Below, piece by piece: positions 45,496-55,921 of a DNA stretch of 64,000 nucleotides. The notes below the pieces were generated by a model. It was not told the DNA's origin. It did not search any database and saw only the letters and a list, made by a program, of their open reading frames with translations. The DNA comes from Alphaproteobacteria bacterium (GTDB taxonomy: Bacteria; Pseudomonadota; Alphaproteobacteria; UBA7985): NCBI GenBank assembly GCA_965229645.1, contig OZ245893.1, positions 1,465,383-1,529,382 on the forward strand. Reading direction: 5' to 3'. Position 1 is the stretch's first letter. Each line of letters opens with the position of its first letter. The position numbers were made by a program, and so were the translations under genes.

Positions 45496-46563
45496 GATCG
45501 CGCCACCAAGACCTAAGACTAGGTAGAGCGCGAAAACGGGCGGGCGGACCAACGACCAAACAGCAACGGCGGCGGGGATGCACGTGATTCCGCCGCCGAT
45601 CAGGAAGGCCATGGCCGCCCCCTGCGGCAAGCCCTGCTGAACGAAGGTCGCGACGAGCGCTGGGGCGGCATCGCCGTTCAGGTAGGCAGGGATGCCCACC
45701 AGCGCCGACAGCGGAACCGTCAAGGTCCCCAAGTCCGTCAACCAGCTCACGAGCGGCGCGACCAAGTTGAGCTGGAGCATCAGCGCCTCCAGCACAAAGG
45801 CCAAGGTAAGCCACTTGCCCAAAAACAGGGTGGTCGTGCGGGCGCTGGCGACGAAGGCCTGCCGCCGCGGTGCCTCATTCCAAAACTGCCAAACAACCGG
45901 TTTGCTTCCTGTCTTGACGCCGCTGCCGCAGCAGGACTGGGGCAGTACGCCCGAACGCAGCACCGCGCCCGCCGACAAATCAAGGCGGAACGATAGGGCA
46001 TAGGTGGCATAGCCGCCGACGGCGCCGATCAGCAGCGCCAACACCATCTTGGCCGAGGCAAAGTCAAACCCCAAGAAGTGGCCCGTGATGGCGTACTGTT
46101 CTGGTGCCATCAGCGGACTCGCCAACCAAAAGGCCATGATCGGTGCCACGGGCACGCGCGCCACCAGCATGGCCGCGATCAGGGGGATCACCCCGCACGA
46201 ACACAAGGGCGAAAAGGTGCCGGCAACGGCTGCGAAGGCGATGGCCAAGGGCTGATTGTAGCGGAAGGCGCGATTGACAAGCTCCGACGCGTCCGAGGCC
46301 ACGGCGTAGGCCCCAATCCCCACCGCGAGGGCGAAGAACGGGGCGATATAGACCAGCGACTCCAGAACAAAGGCCGGTTGGCTAATCTGGGTCAGATGCA
46401 CATGCCCCCCGTGCCCGCCCGTATGGGCATGGGGCAGATAGAGGAGGGCGTAGCCTTGCGCGTCCAAAACGTACCAGAGCAACGGACTGAAGGCGATAAG
46501 GACCCAGATCCAGTCGATTTGCGCGACAGAAACGGGGGGCCGCGAGGTCAGGGTATCAGACAT
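45463..46563 (-). CDS. Permease (UPF0718/ArsP-like, Cys-pair membrane protein)
   Basis: ATG 46563 with GAGGAGG upstream, overlapping the arsR stop by 8 nt. Polytopic, with the SPLCSCGVIPLIAAML motif. Confidence 0.75.
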   Translation of the reverse strand: MSDTLTSRPPVSVAQIDWIWVLIAFSPLLWYVLDAQGYALLYLPHAHTGGHGGHVHLTQISQPAFVLESLVYIAPFFALAVGIGAYAVASDASELVNRAFRYNQPLAIAFAAVAGTFSPLCSCGVIPLIAAMLVARVPVAPIMAFWLASPLMAPEQYAITGHFLGFDFASAKMVLALLIGAVGGYATYALSFRLDLSAGAVLRSGVLPQSCCGSGVKTGSKPVVWQFWNEAPRRQAFVASARTTTLFLGKWLTLAFVLEALMLQLNLVAPLVSWLTDLGTLTVPLSALVGIPAYLNGDAAPALVATFVQQGLPQGAAMAFLIGGGITCIPAAVAVWSLVRPPVFALYLVLGLGGAILAGLATGFIL

Positions 46564-46933
46564 GGGGGCAATCCTCCTCAAAGCCGACACAACAGTTGCG
46601 GGTCAAATCGGCGATCAGCTGGTCCATGGCCGCACTGCAGACGTAGCAACGAATATGGCGACCCTCGCGCACCCGCTCAATGAGTCCTGCCGACTCCAAG
46701 GTCACGAGATGGTGGTTCAGGGTCGACCCCGCCATGCCCAAGCGGTCCGATATGCGGCCCGTTTTCAACCCTTCCTGCCCTGCCACTACGAGCAAGCGAA
46801 ACAGACTTAAGCGCGGCTCGGACCCCAAAGCCGCAAGCTGAAGGGCGCTGCGCGATAAGTTGGTCCCCCACGCGCCTTTGGCGTGCAGGGTGGGGTCAGG
46901 GCCAAGATCTATCTGAGCGGTTTGCGTATTCAT
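46556..46933 (-). CDS. ArsR/SmtB-family transcriptional regulator
   Basis: 125 aa. Winged HTH: LSLFRLLVVAGQEGLKTGRISDRLGMAGSTLNHHLVTLESAGLI. Confidence 0.9.
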   Translation of the reverse strand: MNTQTAQIDLGPDPTLHAKGAWGTNLSRSALQLAALGSEPRLSLFRLLVVAGQEGLKTGRISDRLGMAGSTLNHHLVTLESAGLIERVREGRHIRCYVCSAAMDQLIADLTRNCCVGFEEDCPHV

Positions 46934-47070
46934 TTCGACACATCTAGAATTATCGAAATAAAAGGCAAGCAGGTTTCTGTTATTTTTTGCAATTCCCCAA
47001 CATCCAGGGGCTTATAGATGTATTGACATGCCCTGAACTCTCCCTTGTGTTTCCCTAGTGAGGGCCCTAG

Positions 47071-48120
<1,050 letters not shown>

Positions 48121-48126
48121 CCCTTC

Positions 48127-49038
48127 ATGAACGCCAGGCGACCCCGATCCCAGGACGAGATCAGCCCGCTGGCCATATGGTTTCAGCGTTTTTTAACGGT
48201 GATCCTGTTCCTGCTCTGCGGCCTGGGTCTCGCGGCCGATCGCCTGTTTCCAGAGCGAATTGAGGCTCTTAGGATCGGCGCGACCGACCTACTCATGCCC
48301 TTGGTGGTTTTTGCCAGCAAGCCCGTGCAGTGGAGCCAAGAGGGGATCCGGGGCTTTCAGGCCTATGTGCAAGCGACCGAACTGGCCATCAAGTCGGACT
48401 CGCTCGCCTCAGAACTCGACTTTTTGCGGCTGGAATTGGCGCGCCGAGACGCGCTGATCAGCAATCTGCGCGCCAACGTCAATTTGCCGCCTGATGGGTT
48501 GGAAACCTATGTAACCGCGCGCGTGTTTGGCCAGGGGTCAAACCTGTTCACCACCAGCCTTATCCTCAATGTCGGCAAAGACGACGGGCGCGACCTCACC
48601 GCCGCAACAGGCGGGATTCGCCCAGGGCTGGCTGTGATCACGCGCAAGGGCTTGCTCGGGCGTTTGCAATCGGTCGGCGATAACGCCTCGCGCGTTCGCC
48701 TGCTGACCAGTCAAGATTCGGCTCTGCCAGTCTTGGTAGGGGAATTCCGCATCCGGGCCACCGTCTTTGGGCAAAACAGCCCTTTGCTGACCTTGACGAC
48801 CGAGGAAGGCTTGCCAGGGACCATTCGCGTCGGCGACCGCGTCACAACCTCCACCATCGACCCCGATTTTCCCTTTCTATTTTACGTCGGGCAAGTCGCC
48901 CAAGTTGTGCCCGAAATCCGCGTTTTGCCCGCCGCGCTCGATAGCCCTGGGTTGAACGAGTTTGTGCAAGTGGTTTTGACCGAGCCCCTGGACCAACAGC
49001 TCGAGGGACTTGAGACGGCTGGGACCGCATCGCCATGA
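48127..49038 (+). CDS. mreC: Rod shape-determining protein MreC
   Basis: 303 aa, N-terminal TM, positioned between mreB and mreD. Confidence 0.85.
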   Translation: MNARRPRSQDEISPLAIWFQRFLTVILFLLCGLGLAADRLFPERIEALRIGATDLLMPLVVFASKPVQWSQEGIRGFQAYVQATELAIKSDSLASELDFLRLELARRDALISNLRANVNLPPDGLETYVTARVFGQGSNLFTTSLILNVGKDDGRDLTAATGGIRPGLAVITRKGLLGRLQSVGDNASRVRLLTSQDSALPVLVGEFRIRATVFGQNSPLLTLTTEEGLPGTIRVGDRVTTSTIDPDFPFLFYVGQVAQVVPEIRVLPAALDSPGLNEFVQVVLTEPLDQQLEGLETAGTASP

Positions 49039-49619
49039 CGACACAGTCCTTGGACATGTTGACCGATGAGATCGCGCCCGCCCCGCTGCTGCCGCGCGTG
49101 CTCGCAGGCCTCGTCGTGCCCGCAACCTTGGTTCTGGCGCTGATCCTTAGCGTCGTTCCTTGGGCGACCAACCTCAGTCGTTTGTTTATCCCCGATGTCC
49201 TGGCCCCTGTTCTGTTCTTTTGGTGCGTCTATCAACCTTCTTATCTGCCGTTGATTTTCGTCTTTGCCCTCGGCATCATGGCCGATATTCTGGACGCCAG
49301 CCCGCTAGGAACCCAAGCCACCGCCTACATGGTCTTTGCTTTGATCGCCAGATCGCAAGGGTCCCAACTGGTCTCGCTCGGCCTGCTCTTCAACTGGGGG
49401 GTGTTTGCGCTCGCCATGTTGGTCTTGGTCGTGATCCATTTTCTCATCTCGGTCCTCGCCACGGTTCCCGTCTTCGACCAGCCACTCTTGCCCGCGGCCC
49501 TCAAGTCTTTGCAGATTTTTCTCACGACAAACCTGGCCTACTTGGGCCTCTACCTGCTGCTGGGGCTGGTCAATCGCCTGTTGCCTTCCCCCTTGGCCCA
49601 GGGGCAGGTCCACCCCTGA
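49035..49619 (+). CDS. mreD: Rod shape-determining protein MreD
   Basis: 194 aa, polytopic. 4-nt overlap with mreC. Confidence 0.8.
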   Translation: MTTQSLDMLTDEIAPAPLLPRVLAGLVVPATLVLALILSVVPWATNLSRLFIPDVLAPVLFFWCVYQPSYLPLIFVFALGIMADILDASPLGTQATAYMVFALIARSQGSQLVSLGLLFNWGVFALAMLVLVVIHFLISVLATVPVFDQPLLPAALKSLQIFLTTNLAYLGLYLLLGLVNRLLPSPLAQGQVHP

Positions 49620-49622
49620 GGC

Positions 49623-51692
49623 ATGGACCGCAAACTCGCCCAGCCGCCGCCCATTTCACGCGGCGCAGTGTTCACCCGCCGCACTGCGCTGCTGGCAGGC
49701 GCGCAGCTGGGGGCCTTCGGGCTCATTGGCTCGCAACTCTATCGACTGCAAGTCGATCGCGCAGCAGAGCTCGCGGCCCAGGGCCGCGACGTCATCACCA
49801 AGCACGAATATACCCTGCCGCAGCGCGGCGGCATCACCGATCGCGCTGGCCGCGCCCTCGCGTTCAACCGTACCAACCGGGTCGTGGTGCTGCGCATTCG
49901 CGACTATCCCAACCCCCCGCGCGAGCGCGATGGGCCACCGAAGCAAAATCTTGCGCGCTTTGTCCGCGAATTTGCCCTGGATGAAGAAACGCAAAAGCGC
50001 ATCCGCCTGGACATAGACTTTGCCCTGCGCCTCATTTCCGCTGAGCAATATTTGGAAAAAATGAAGGAACTCCCGCACGGGATCCAAGAGTCCGCCGACC
50101 TGATCGACCTTGCGGGCCTTGTCCACGCCAAGGAACGAAAGGAGGGCAAGGCCGATACCGACACCTTCGCCGCCGATTTTGCCAACGAACGGTTCGTGAC
50201 CTTGATGGACAACATCTCCAGCACACAACGCGATCTGGTGCAAATTTCCTTGGCCGACATGCCGCTCATTGAGATCACGACCCGATTTGAGCGCCAGTAC
50301 GAAGGCGCGGACGCGGGCGCGGCAGGGGACGAGGCGGCGGCGACCTTTGCCTCCCTTTCCCATGTCCTGGGCTATACACGGCGTGTGTTTCGCGAGGACT
50401 TGTTTTCCGACAGTGACCCCATGCTCGCCCTGCCTGGCGCGCGGATCGGGGCGACGGGGATCGAGCGTGCTTACGACCCTACCCTGCGTGGGATCGCGGG
50501 CCAGCGCACCTGGCAAATCACGGGCGGCGGGCGCAAGCTGAAAGACCTGGGCGAAATCCAGCCGACCAAAGGTCAAGATCTGACGCTCACGATCGACCTG
50601 CCGCTCCAGCGCGCAGCCGTTGGGCTGATCTCGCCGCATCCCGAGGCGGCGGCGGTCGTGCTGAATATCCACAACGGCGAAATTCTCGCCATGGCGTCGC
50701 AACCGTCCTACAACGGCAACGATTTTGTCCCGCGGATCAGCACCCCCGCCTACCAGGCCTATTTGGACGATCCCCATAAGCCGCTATTTGCCCGCGCCAG
50801 CCAGGGCTCCTACCCGCCAGGCTCGACGTTCAAAATGGTCGGTATGTTGGCGGCGTTGGAGGCAGGCTTTGACCCCTCCACCACCATCAATTGCCCTGGC
50901 TACTACGAAGTGTCGGGACAGCGATTTCGCTGCTGGAAACGCACCGGCCACGGCGATGTCGATATGCTTGGTGCCTTGCGCGAATCCTGCGACGTTTGGT
51001 ACTACGAAATGGCAACGCGCCTGCGGTTGGAACAGATGCGGCGCGTGGCGGCCAAGTTTGGCTTTGGAACCGCCATGATCGAAAACTTCCTAGAACAGTC
51101 CACCGCCCTGTTGCCGTCGCGGGCCTGGAAGGAACGCAATCGCGGCGAACCCTGGGTGATCGGGGATTCGATCCAGTTTGCCATTGGCCAAGGCTTTATG
51201 CTAGCAACCCCTTTGCAACTGGCGGCCATGACCGCGAGCATCGCCAACGGCGGCTACGCGGTGCGCCCGCACTTTGTGCGCGCAGGCGGGTTCTTCGACG
51301 CCAAGGAGTCCCTGGGCTTTCAGCCGCAAAATCTCGAACTTATCCGGCAAGCCATGTCGCAAGTGGTCAATTCGGACACGGGCACCGCCCGCAGTTCCTC
51401 GCTGGAATTGCCCTGGGGGCCAGAGGGGCAAATTTGGCGCATCGCGGGCAAGACCGGCACCGCCCAAGTCACCGCCCTACCCCCCAATGAGTCCGAAGAA
51501 ATCGACGAGGACATTCCCTACAAGGAGCGCGACCATGCCCTGTTCGTCGGCTTTGCCCCCCTGGAGGACCCCCAGTTCGCGGCGTCCGTCGTGATCGAAC
51601 ACGGCGGCTCGGGCTCTGCTACGGCCGCGCCCGTGGCGCGCAACCTGCTGTCCTCGACCCTCGCCCGCTACGTGGCAGGAAAACTGACATGA
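49623..51692 (+). CDS. mrdA: Penicillin-binding protein 2 (elongasome transpeptidase)
   Basis: 689 aa. SxxK (GSTFKM) and KTGTA motifs. Confidence 0.9.
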   Translation: MDRKLAQPPPISRGAVFTRRTALLAGAQLGAFGLIGSQLYRLQVDRAAELAAQGRDVITKHEYTLPQRGGITDRAGRALAFNRTNRVVVLRIRDYPNPPRERDGPPKQNLARFVREFALDEETQKRIRLDIDFALRLISAEQYLEKMKELPHGIQESADLIDLAGLVHAKERKEGKADTDTFAADFANERFVTLMDNISSTQRDLVQISLADMPLIEITTRFERQYEGADAGAAGDEAAATFASLSHVLGYTRRVFREDLFSDSDPMLALPGARIGATGIERAYDPTLRGIAGQRTWQITGGGRKLKDLGEIQPTKGQDLTLTIDLPLQRAAVGLISPHPEAAAVVLNIHNGEILAMASQPSYNGNDFVPRISTPAYQAYLDDPHKPLFARASQGSYPPGSTFKMVGMLAALEAGFDPSTTINCPGYYEVSGQRFRCWKRTGHGDVDMLGALRESCDVWYYEMATRLRLEQMRRVAAKFGFGTAMIENFLEQSTALLPSRAWKERNRGEPWVIGDSIQFAIGQGFMLATPLQLAAMTASIANGGYAVRPHFVRAGGFFDAKESLGFQPQNLELIRQAMSQVVNSDTGTARSSSLELPWGPEGQIWRIAGKTGTAQVTALPPNESEEIDEDIPYKERDHALFVGFAPLEDPQFAASVVIEHGGSGSATAAPVARNLLSSTLARYVAGKLT

Positions 51693-52903
51693 CCGCAGTC
51701 CTGCGCGATTTCAACGCATGGGTAGAGCTAGAGGACCGACGCCTGCCCACCACGACCTTTTCAGAACGGCTCAACCGTTTCAACTGGCCGCTGCTCGCAC
51801 TCGTCTTAGCCGTATCTGGCGTAGGCCTCTTCAACCAATACGTCGTTGGGCAAACCACGCCGAACAATTTTTTTTGGGAGCATCTGCTGCACATGGTCGT
51901 CGGCCTTGTGGCGTTCGTATTTGTCTCACTGATCGACGTGCGGTTGCTGCGCCAACTGGCGTTCCTGGGGGCGGTGGTCGCCCTCATTTTGTTGCTGATC
52001 GTGCAGAACTTTGGGTTGGAGTTCAACCAATCGACCCGCTGGATGCGCGTCGGCAGCTTTACTTTGCAGCCCTCAGAGATCGCCCAAGTTGCCTTGGTCG
52101 TCTATCTGGCCTCCTACCTAGAAAACCGCAGTCATGAGCAGTTGGGCAATCCGCTTTGGTTGATCCCCCCTGCCCTTATCATCGGGTCCATGGCCTATCT
52201 GATTTTCGAGCAACCCGATTTGGGCACCACGCTGAAGCTGCTGCTGCTGATGGGGCTCATGATCCTGTGTTCGGGCATTCGCTGGTGGTTTGTCATTCTG
52301 ATCGGCCTCCTGATCGTGGGTTTGGGCGCGGTTCTGATCCGTTGGCCCGATCAATTCTTGAAACCCTACCAGATCGATCGATTGACCTGCTTTGTCTTGG
52401 ACGATTCGGAAATTGAACTCCTGGCCGATGCCTCCCCTTGCGACCAACCCCGCCAAGCGCGCATTGCGATCGGCGGCGCTGGGATCTGGGGCCATGGGCC
52501 GCTGGAGGCCCCGCAGCTACAATCGCTGATCATCTACGAACCCTACAACGACATGATTTTGGCCGTCCATGCCGAACAATTTGGCCTTGCTGGGACCTTG
52601 GCCTTGCTGGCCCTAATCGCGACCCTTGTTCTGTTCGGGTTTGGCGTTGCCGTGTCGTGCAGGGCGCAATTTACCCGGTTTCTCGCGCTCGGCGCCGCGA
52701 TCAATTTTGGGCTCTACGCCACCATCAATTTTATGATGGTGCTCTCACTCTTGCCCGTCGTCGGCATGCCGCTCGCGCTCTTGTCAAAGGGCGGGACCGT
52801 GACCGTCATCGTTTGGGCCTCGTTCGGCCTCATCAACAGCGCCTGGATCAACCGCCACCTGACCTTGGAAACCGACGATCAAAACTTGTACCAACGGCCC
52901 TAA
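51689..52903 (+). CDS. rodA: Rod shape-determining protein RodA (SEDS family)
   Basis: 404 aa, polytopic, FtsW/RodA style. 4-nt overlap with mrdA. Confidence 0.9.
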   Translation: MTAVLRDFNAWVELEDRRLPTTTFSERLNRFNWPLLALVLAVSGVGLFNQYVVGQTTPNNFFWEHLLHMVVGLVAFVFVSLIDVRLLRQLAFLGAVVALILLLIVQNFGLEFNQSTRWMRVGSFTLQPSEIAQVALVVYLASYLENRSHEQLGNPLWLIPPALIIGSMAYLIFEQPDLGTTLKLLLLMGLMILCSGIRWWFVILIGLLIVGLGAVLIRWPDQFLKPYQIDRLTCFVLDDSEIELLADASPCDQPRQARIAIGGAGIWGHGPLEAPQLQSLIIYEPYNDMILAVHAEQFGLAGTLALLALIATLVLFGFGVAVSCRAQFTRFLALGAAINFGLYATINFMMVLSLLPVVGMPLALLSKGGTVTVIVWASFGLINSAWINRHLTLETDDQNLYQRP

Positions 52904-53085
52904 AAATTGACATTTTTAGGACCGTTTTGTGTCTCGCGGCAGAAACGCTTCGCGTTTCGCCTCCGACGGGGCCTCCGCTTATACCCCGAGGCGCTTTCGC
53001 GCTATTCTCGGGGCCGCTACGGGGGCCGCGGTCGCGGCCCTTATACCAGCGAACATAAGAGTCATTCCAGGTCGCCGCTGGTATA
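52891..53085 (+). repeat. RE repeat copy between the convergent rodA and kdsB genes
   Basis: The head overlaps the last 4 rodA codons. The tail hairpin encodes the last ~7 kdsB codons on the other strand. Confidence 0.8.
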
Positions 53086-53895
53086 ATCGCGGCCCAAGCC
53101 TTGCAAGGCTTGGTTCACCACGGCCACATCTTCAGGATTGTTGACCTCCCAAAACACCTGGTCGCCCGCATCGACTTCGACACACTTTAGGGCCATGTCG
53201 TGTTCCAAGAACCGCAACTGCTCCAACCCCTCGATTTGTTCTAAGGGGCTGGGGGCCAAACGAACGTAGGTATCGAGCGCGCTCTTGCGGTAGGCATAGA
53301 GGCCAACGTGGTGAAATACGGGCAACGGGGTGCGCGCCTGCGGATCGAGGTGATCGGCGAAGGGCAGAACTTCCTTAGAGAAGTAGAGCGCGCGTCCCGT
53401 CTTGGAGGCCACCAGCGTGGTCCCACCGACCAGCCCGCGCGCGCGCTGGTCGCGCAAGCGAGCCAGCGTGGTAGCATGGCACCGCAGCGCGGGGGTCGCG
53501 ACCAAGCAGTCGGGATCGCCCGCCATGGCCTCAATCAGGGCCGTGACGAAGTGCGCGGGCGTCAAAGGCGCATCGCCTTGAAAATTGACGACCAGGTCTT
53601 GGCTACGCAAACCCAAGCGCTCTGCGGCTTGCTGCACCCGCTCGGTCCCATTGCGGCAGGCCGCGTCGGTCAGAATCGCCTGCGCCCCAAAGTCTTGGGC
53701 CGTATCGGCGATACGCGCATCGTCGGTGGCGATCCAGACGTGCGCAGTTGGCACGGCGCGAAGGGCCGCTTGGTAGGTCCACCAAATCAGGGGCGCCTGC
53801 GTGCCATCGGGCCCTTCCAGATCCGCGGTCAGAGGCTTGCCCTCAAACCGTGAGGACGCCCAGCGGGCGGGAATGATCAGGGTCGCGGAGGTCAT
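53062..53895 (-). CDS. kdsB: 3-deoxy-manno-octulosonate cytidylyltransferase
   Basis: 277 aa. IIPARWASSRFEGKPL N-terminal motif. Confidence 0.9.
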   Translation of the reverse strand: MTSATLIIPARWASSRFEGKPLTADLEGPDGTQAPLIWWTYQAALRAVPTAHVWIATDDARIADTAQDFGAQAILTDAACRNGTERVQQAAERLGLRSQDLVVNFQGDAPLTPAHFVTALIEAMAGDPDCLVATPALRCHATTLARLRDQRARGLVGGTTLVASKTGRALYFSKEVLPFADHLDPQARTPLPVFHHVGLYAYRKSALDTYVRLAPSPLEQIEGLEQLRFLEHDMALKCVEVDAGDQVFWEVNNPEDVAVVNQALQGLGRDYTSGDLE

Positions 53896-53956
53896 GGGCG
53901 TCTCTTTTCTGTCCAGGAGTGAAGGTCAAGGGCTTTTCATCGGCGGGGCAAAACAG

Positions 53957-54193
53957 TTATACCAGCGACGACTTAGAAGGGCTCTTATGTTCGCTGGTAT
54001 AGGGCCGCGACTGCGGCCCCCGTAGCGGCCCCGAGACAAGCTAAGAAAGCGCCTCGGGGTAAAGCGAAGGTCCCGTCCTGCGGTCGGGCTGAGCGAGCGG
54101 TGCGAGCGAGTAGAGACCGCAACCCAAAACAGGCGAAACGCAAAGCGTTTCTGCCGTGAGACACAAAAAAGTGTCAACTTTTTTGGCCGTTGG
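53957..54193 (-). repeat. RE repeat, long variant, reverse orientation
   Basis: Reverse complement of the RE core. Carries the extra segment also present in the copy at 42101. Confidence 0.75.
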
Positions 54194-54211
54194 CATTAGG
54201 GGCCTCTGCCT

Positions 54212-55201
54212 ATGACCGCTTCGCCTCGATTTCACGTTTGTTCCATTGGCAACGCCATTATCGACGTTTTGTCGGAAGCGCCCGAAAGCGCCGTGGCAGA
54301 GTTCGATCTCAACAAGGGCAGCATGACCCTAATCGACGAAGCGCGCGCCGACTATCTCACATCGGTCATGCTCAAGCGCGTCGAAGAGAGCGGTGGTTCC
54401 GCCGGCAATACCGCCGTTGGCCTCGCGGGGCTGGGTGCCCGCTCCGCCTACATCGGCAAGGTCAAGGACGACTTACTGGGGCGGGCCTTTGCGGAGTCCA
54501 TGCGCCGTTCGCAGGTGCACTTTAGCACGGCCATGGCGAGCGAGGGTCCTGCAACCGCCCGTTCCTTGATTTTCGTCACGCCCGACCATCAGCGTACCAT
54601 GAACACCTACTTGGGCGCTTGCGTCAATTTAGGGCCTGACGACATCGACCCCGACTTGGTCCAAAATTCCGCCATCACCTATATGGAAGGGTATCTATGG
54701 GATATGGAGGCTGCCAAAGCCGCCTTCCGCAAGGCCATCAAGTTGGCGCACAAGGCAGGCCAAAAAACCGCGCTGTCCCTATCGGACCCCTTTTGTGTCG
54801 AGCGGTTTCGCGACGAATTTAAGCAGCTGATCGAACGCGACATTGATATTTTGTTCGCCAATGCCGACGAAATCTGCGCGCTTTACCAATGCGAATACGC
54901 CGCCGCGCGCGAACGTATCCGGGGCAAAGTCGAGATTGCTGTGCTTACCAAAGGGGTCAAGGGGTCGGAAACCATCACCGCGACCCAAACCATTCCTTGC
55001 CCCATCGTACCCGTCAAACATCGCGTCGATACAACGGGCGCGGGCGATCTGTTTGCCGCGGGTTTCCTCTACGGCTTCACCACTGGCCAGGATTTGCAAA
55101 CCTGCGCCTTGCTCGGTTCGGCCGCCGCCGCCGCCATCATCCAAATTTTCGGCGCGCGCCTGACAGCAGAAGACCTGGCCTGGGTACAATCGGTTGCTTG
55201 A
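54212..55201 (+). CDS. PfkB-family carbohydrate/adenosine kinase
   Basis: 329 aa. DTTGAGDLFAAGFLYG motif. Confidence 0.85.
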   Translation: MTASPRFHVCSIGNAIIDVLSEAPESAVAEFDLNKGSMTLIDEARADYLTSVMLKRVEESGGSAGNTAVGLAGLGARSAYIGKVKDDLLGRAFAESMRRSQVHFSTAMASEGPATARSLIFVTPDHQRTMNTYLGACVNLGPDDIDPDLVQNSAITYMEGYLWDMEAAKAAFRKAIKLAHKAGQKTALSLSDPFCVERFRDEFKQLIERDIDILFANADEICALYQCEYAAARERIRGKVEIAVLTKGVKGSETITATQTIPCPIVPVKHRVDTTGAGDLFAAGFLYGFTTGQDLQTCALLGSAAAAAIIQIFGARLTAEDLAWVQSVA

Positions 55202-55646
55202 AAGCCAATTTTTGGCGAGCGAAGCGGCGACCATCGCCGCCGCCAAGGCCCTGGCGCCAAAGCTCCACACCCGCCAAATCATCCTGCTCGACGGCCCCCT
55301 CGGCGCTGGCAAATCCACGTTCGCCCGCGCCCTCATTCAAGCCCTTCCAGGCCCCAAAGGGCAGTCGTGCGCCCAGGAACCCGTCCCGAGCCCCACCTAT
55401 ACCTTGGTACAAACTTACGAGCGCGCCCTGGGAACGGTGGGGCACTTTGACCTTTACCGCCTTACCGATCCCGAGGAGATCTGGGAGTTGGGCCTGGAGC
55501 CCATCCTCGAAAACGGCTTGGCGCTGATTGAATGGGGCGACCGCTTAGGCCCCCTTCGGCCCGCCACAGCGCTGACACTCCGCTTTGAGGATCGGGGGCA
55601 GGGTCGCTATCTGCATGTGGGCCGTATGCAGGATACAGCGTATTGA
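55194..55646 (+). CDS. tsaE: tRNA t6A37 biosynthesis ATPase TsaE
   Basis: 150 aa. LLDGPLGAGKSTFARALI and SPTYTLVQTY. TTG start overlapping the kinase stop. Confidence 0.85.
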   Translation: MLESQFLASEAATIAAAKALAPKLHTRQIILLDGPLGAGKSTFARALIQALPGPKGQSCAQEPVPSPTYTLVQTYERALGTVGHFDLYRLTDPEEIWELGLEPILENGLALIEWGDRLGPLRPATALTLRFEDRGQGRYLHVGRMQDTAY

Positions 55647-55680
55647 GAGACTCCCGTCCTTCCAATCAAACCGTAGGGCT

Positions 55681-55921
55681 TATACCAACGGCAAAAAAAA
55701 GTTGACACTTTTTTGGCCGTTTTGTGTCTCACGGCAGAAACGCTTCGCGTTTCGCCTCCGACAGGGCCTTCGCTTATACCCCGAGGCGCTTTCGCGCTAT
55801 TCTCGGGGCTGCTGCGGGGGCCGCAGTCGCGGCCCTTATACCAGCGATCATTAGAGTCACTCTGGGTCGCCGCTGGTATTATACCAGCGATCAAAAGCGT
55901 CATTCTCAGTCGCCGCTGATA
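55681..55921 (+). repeat. RE repeat copy with duplicated tail hairpin
   Basis: tataccaacggcaaaaaaaagt-tgac-acttttttggccgtt head. Two tandem ataccagcga...cgctg tails. Abuts the choline sulfatase stop. Confidence 0.8.
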
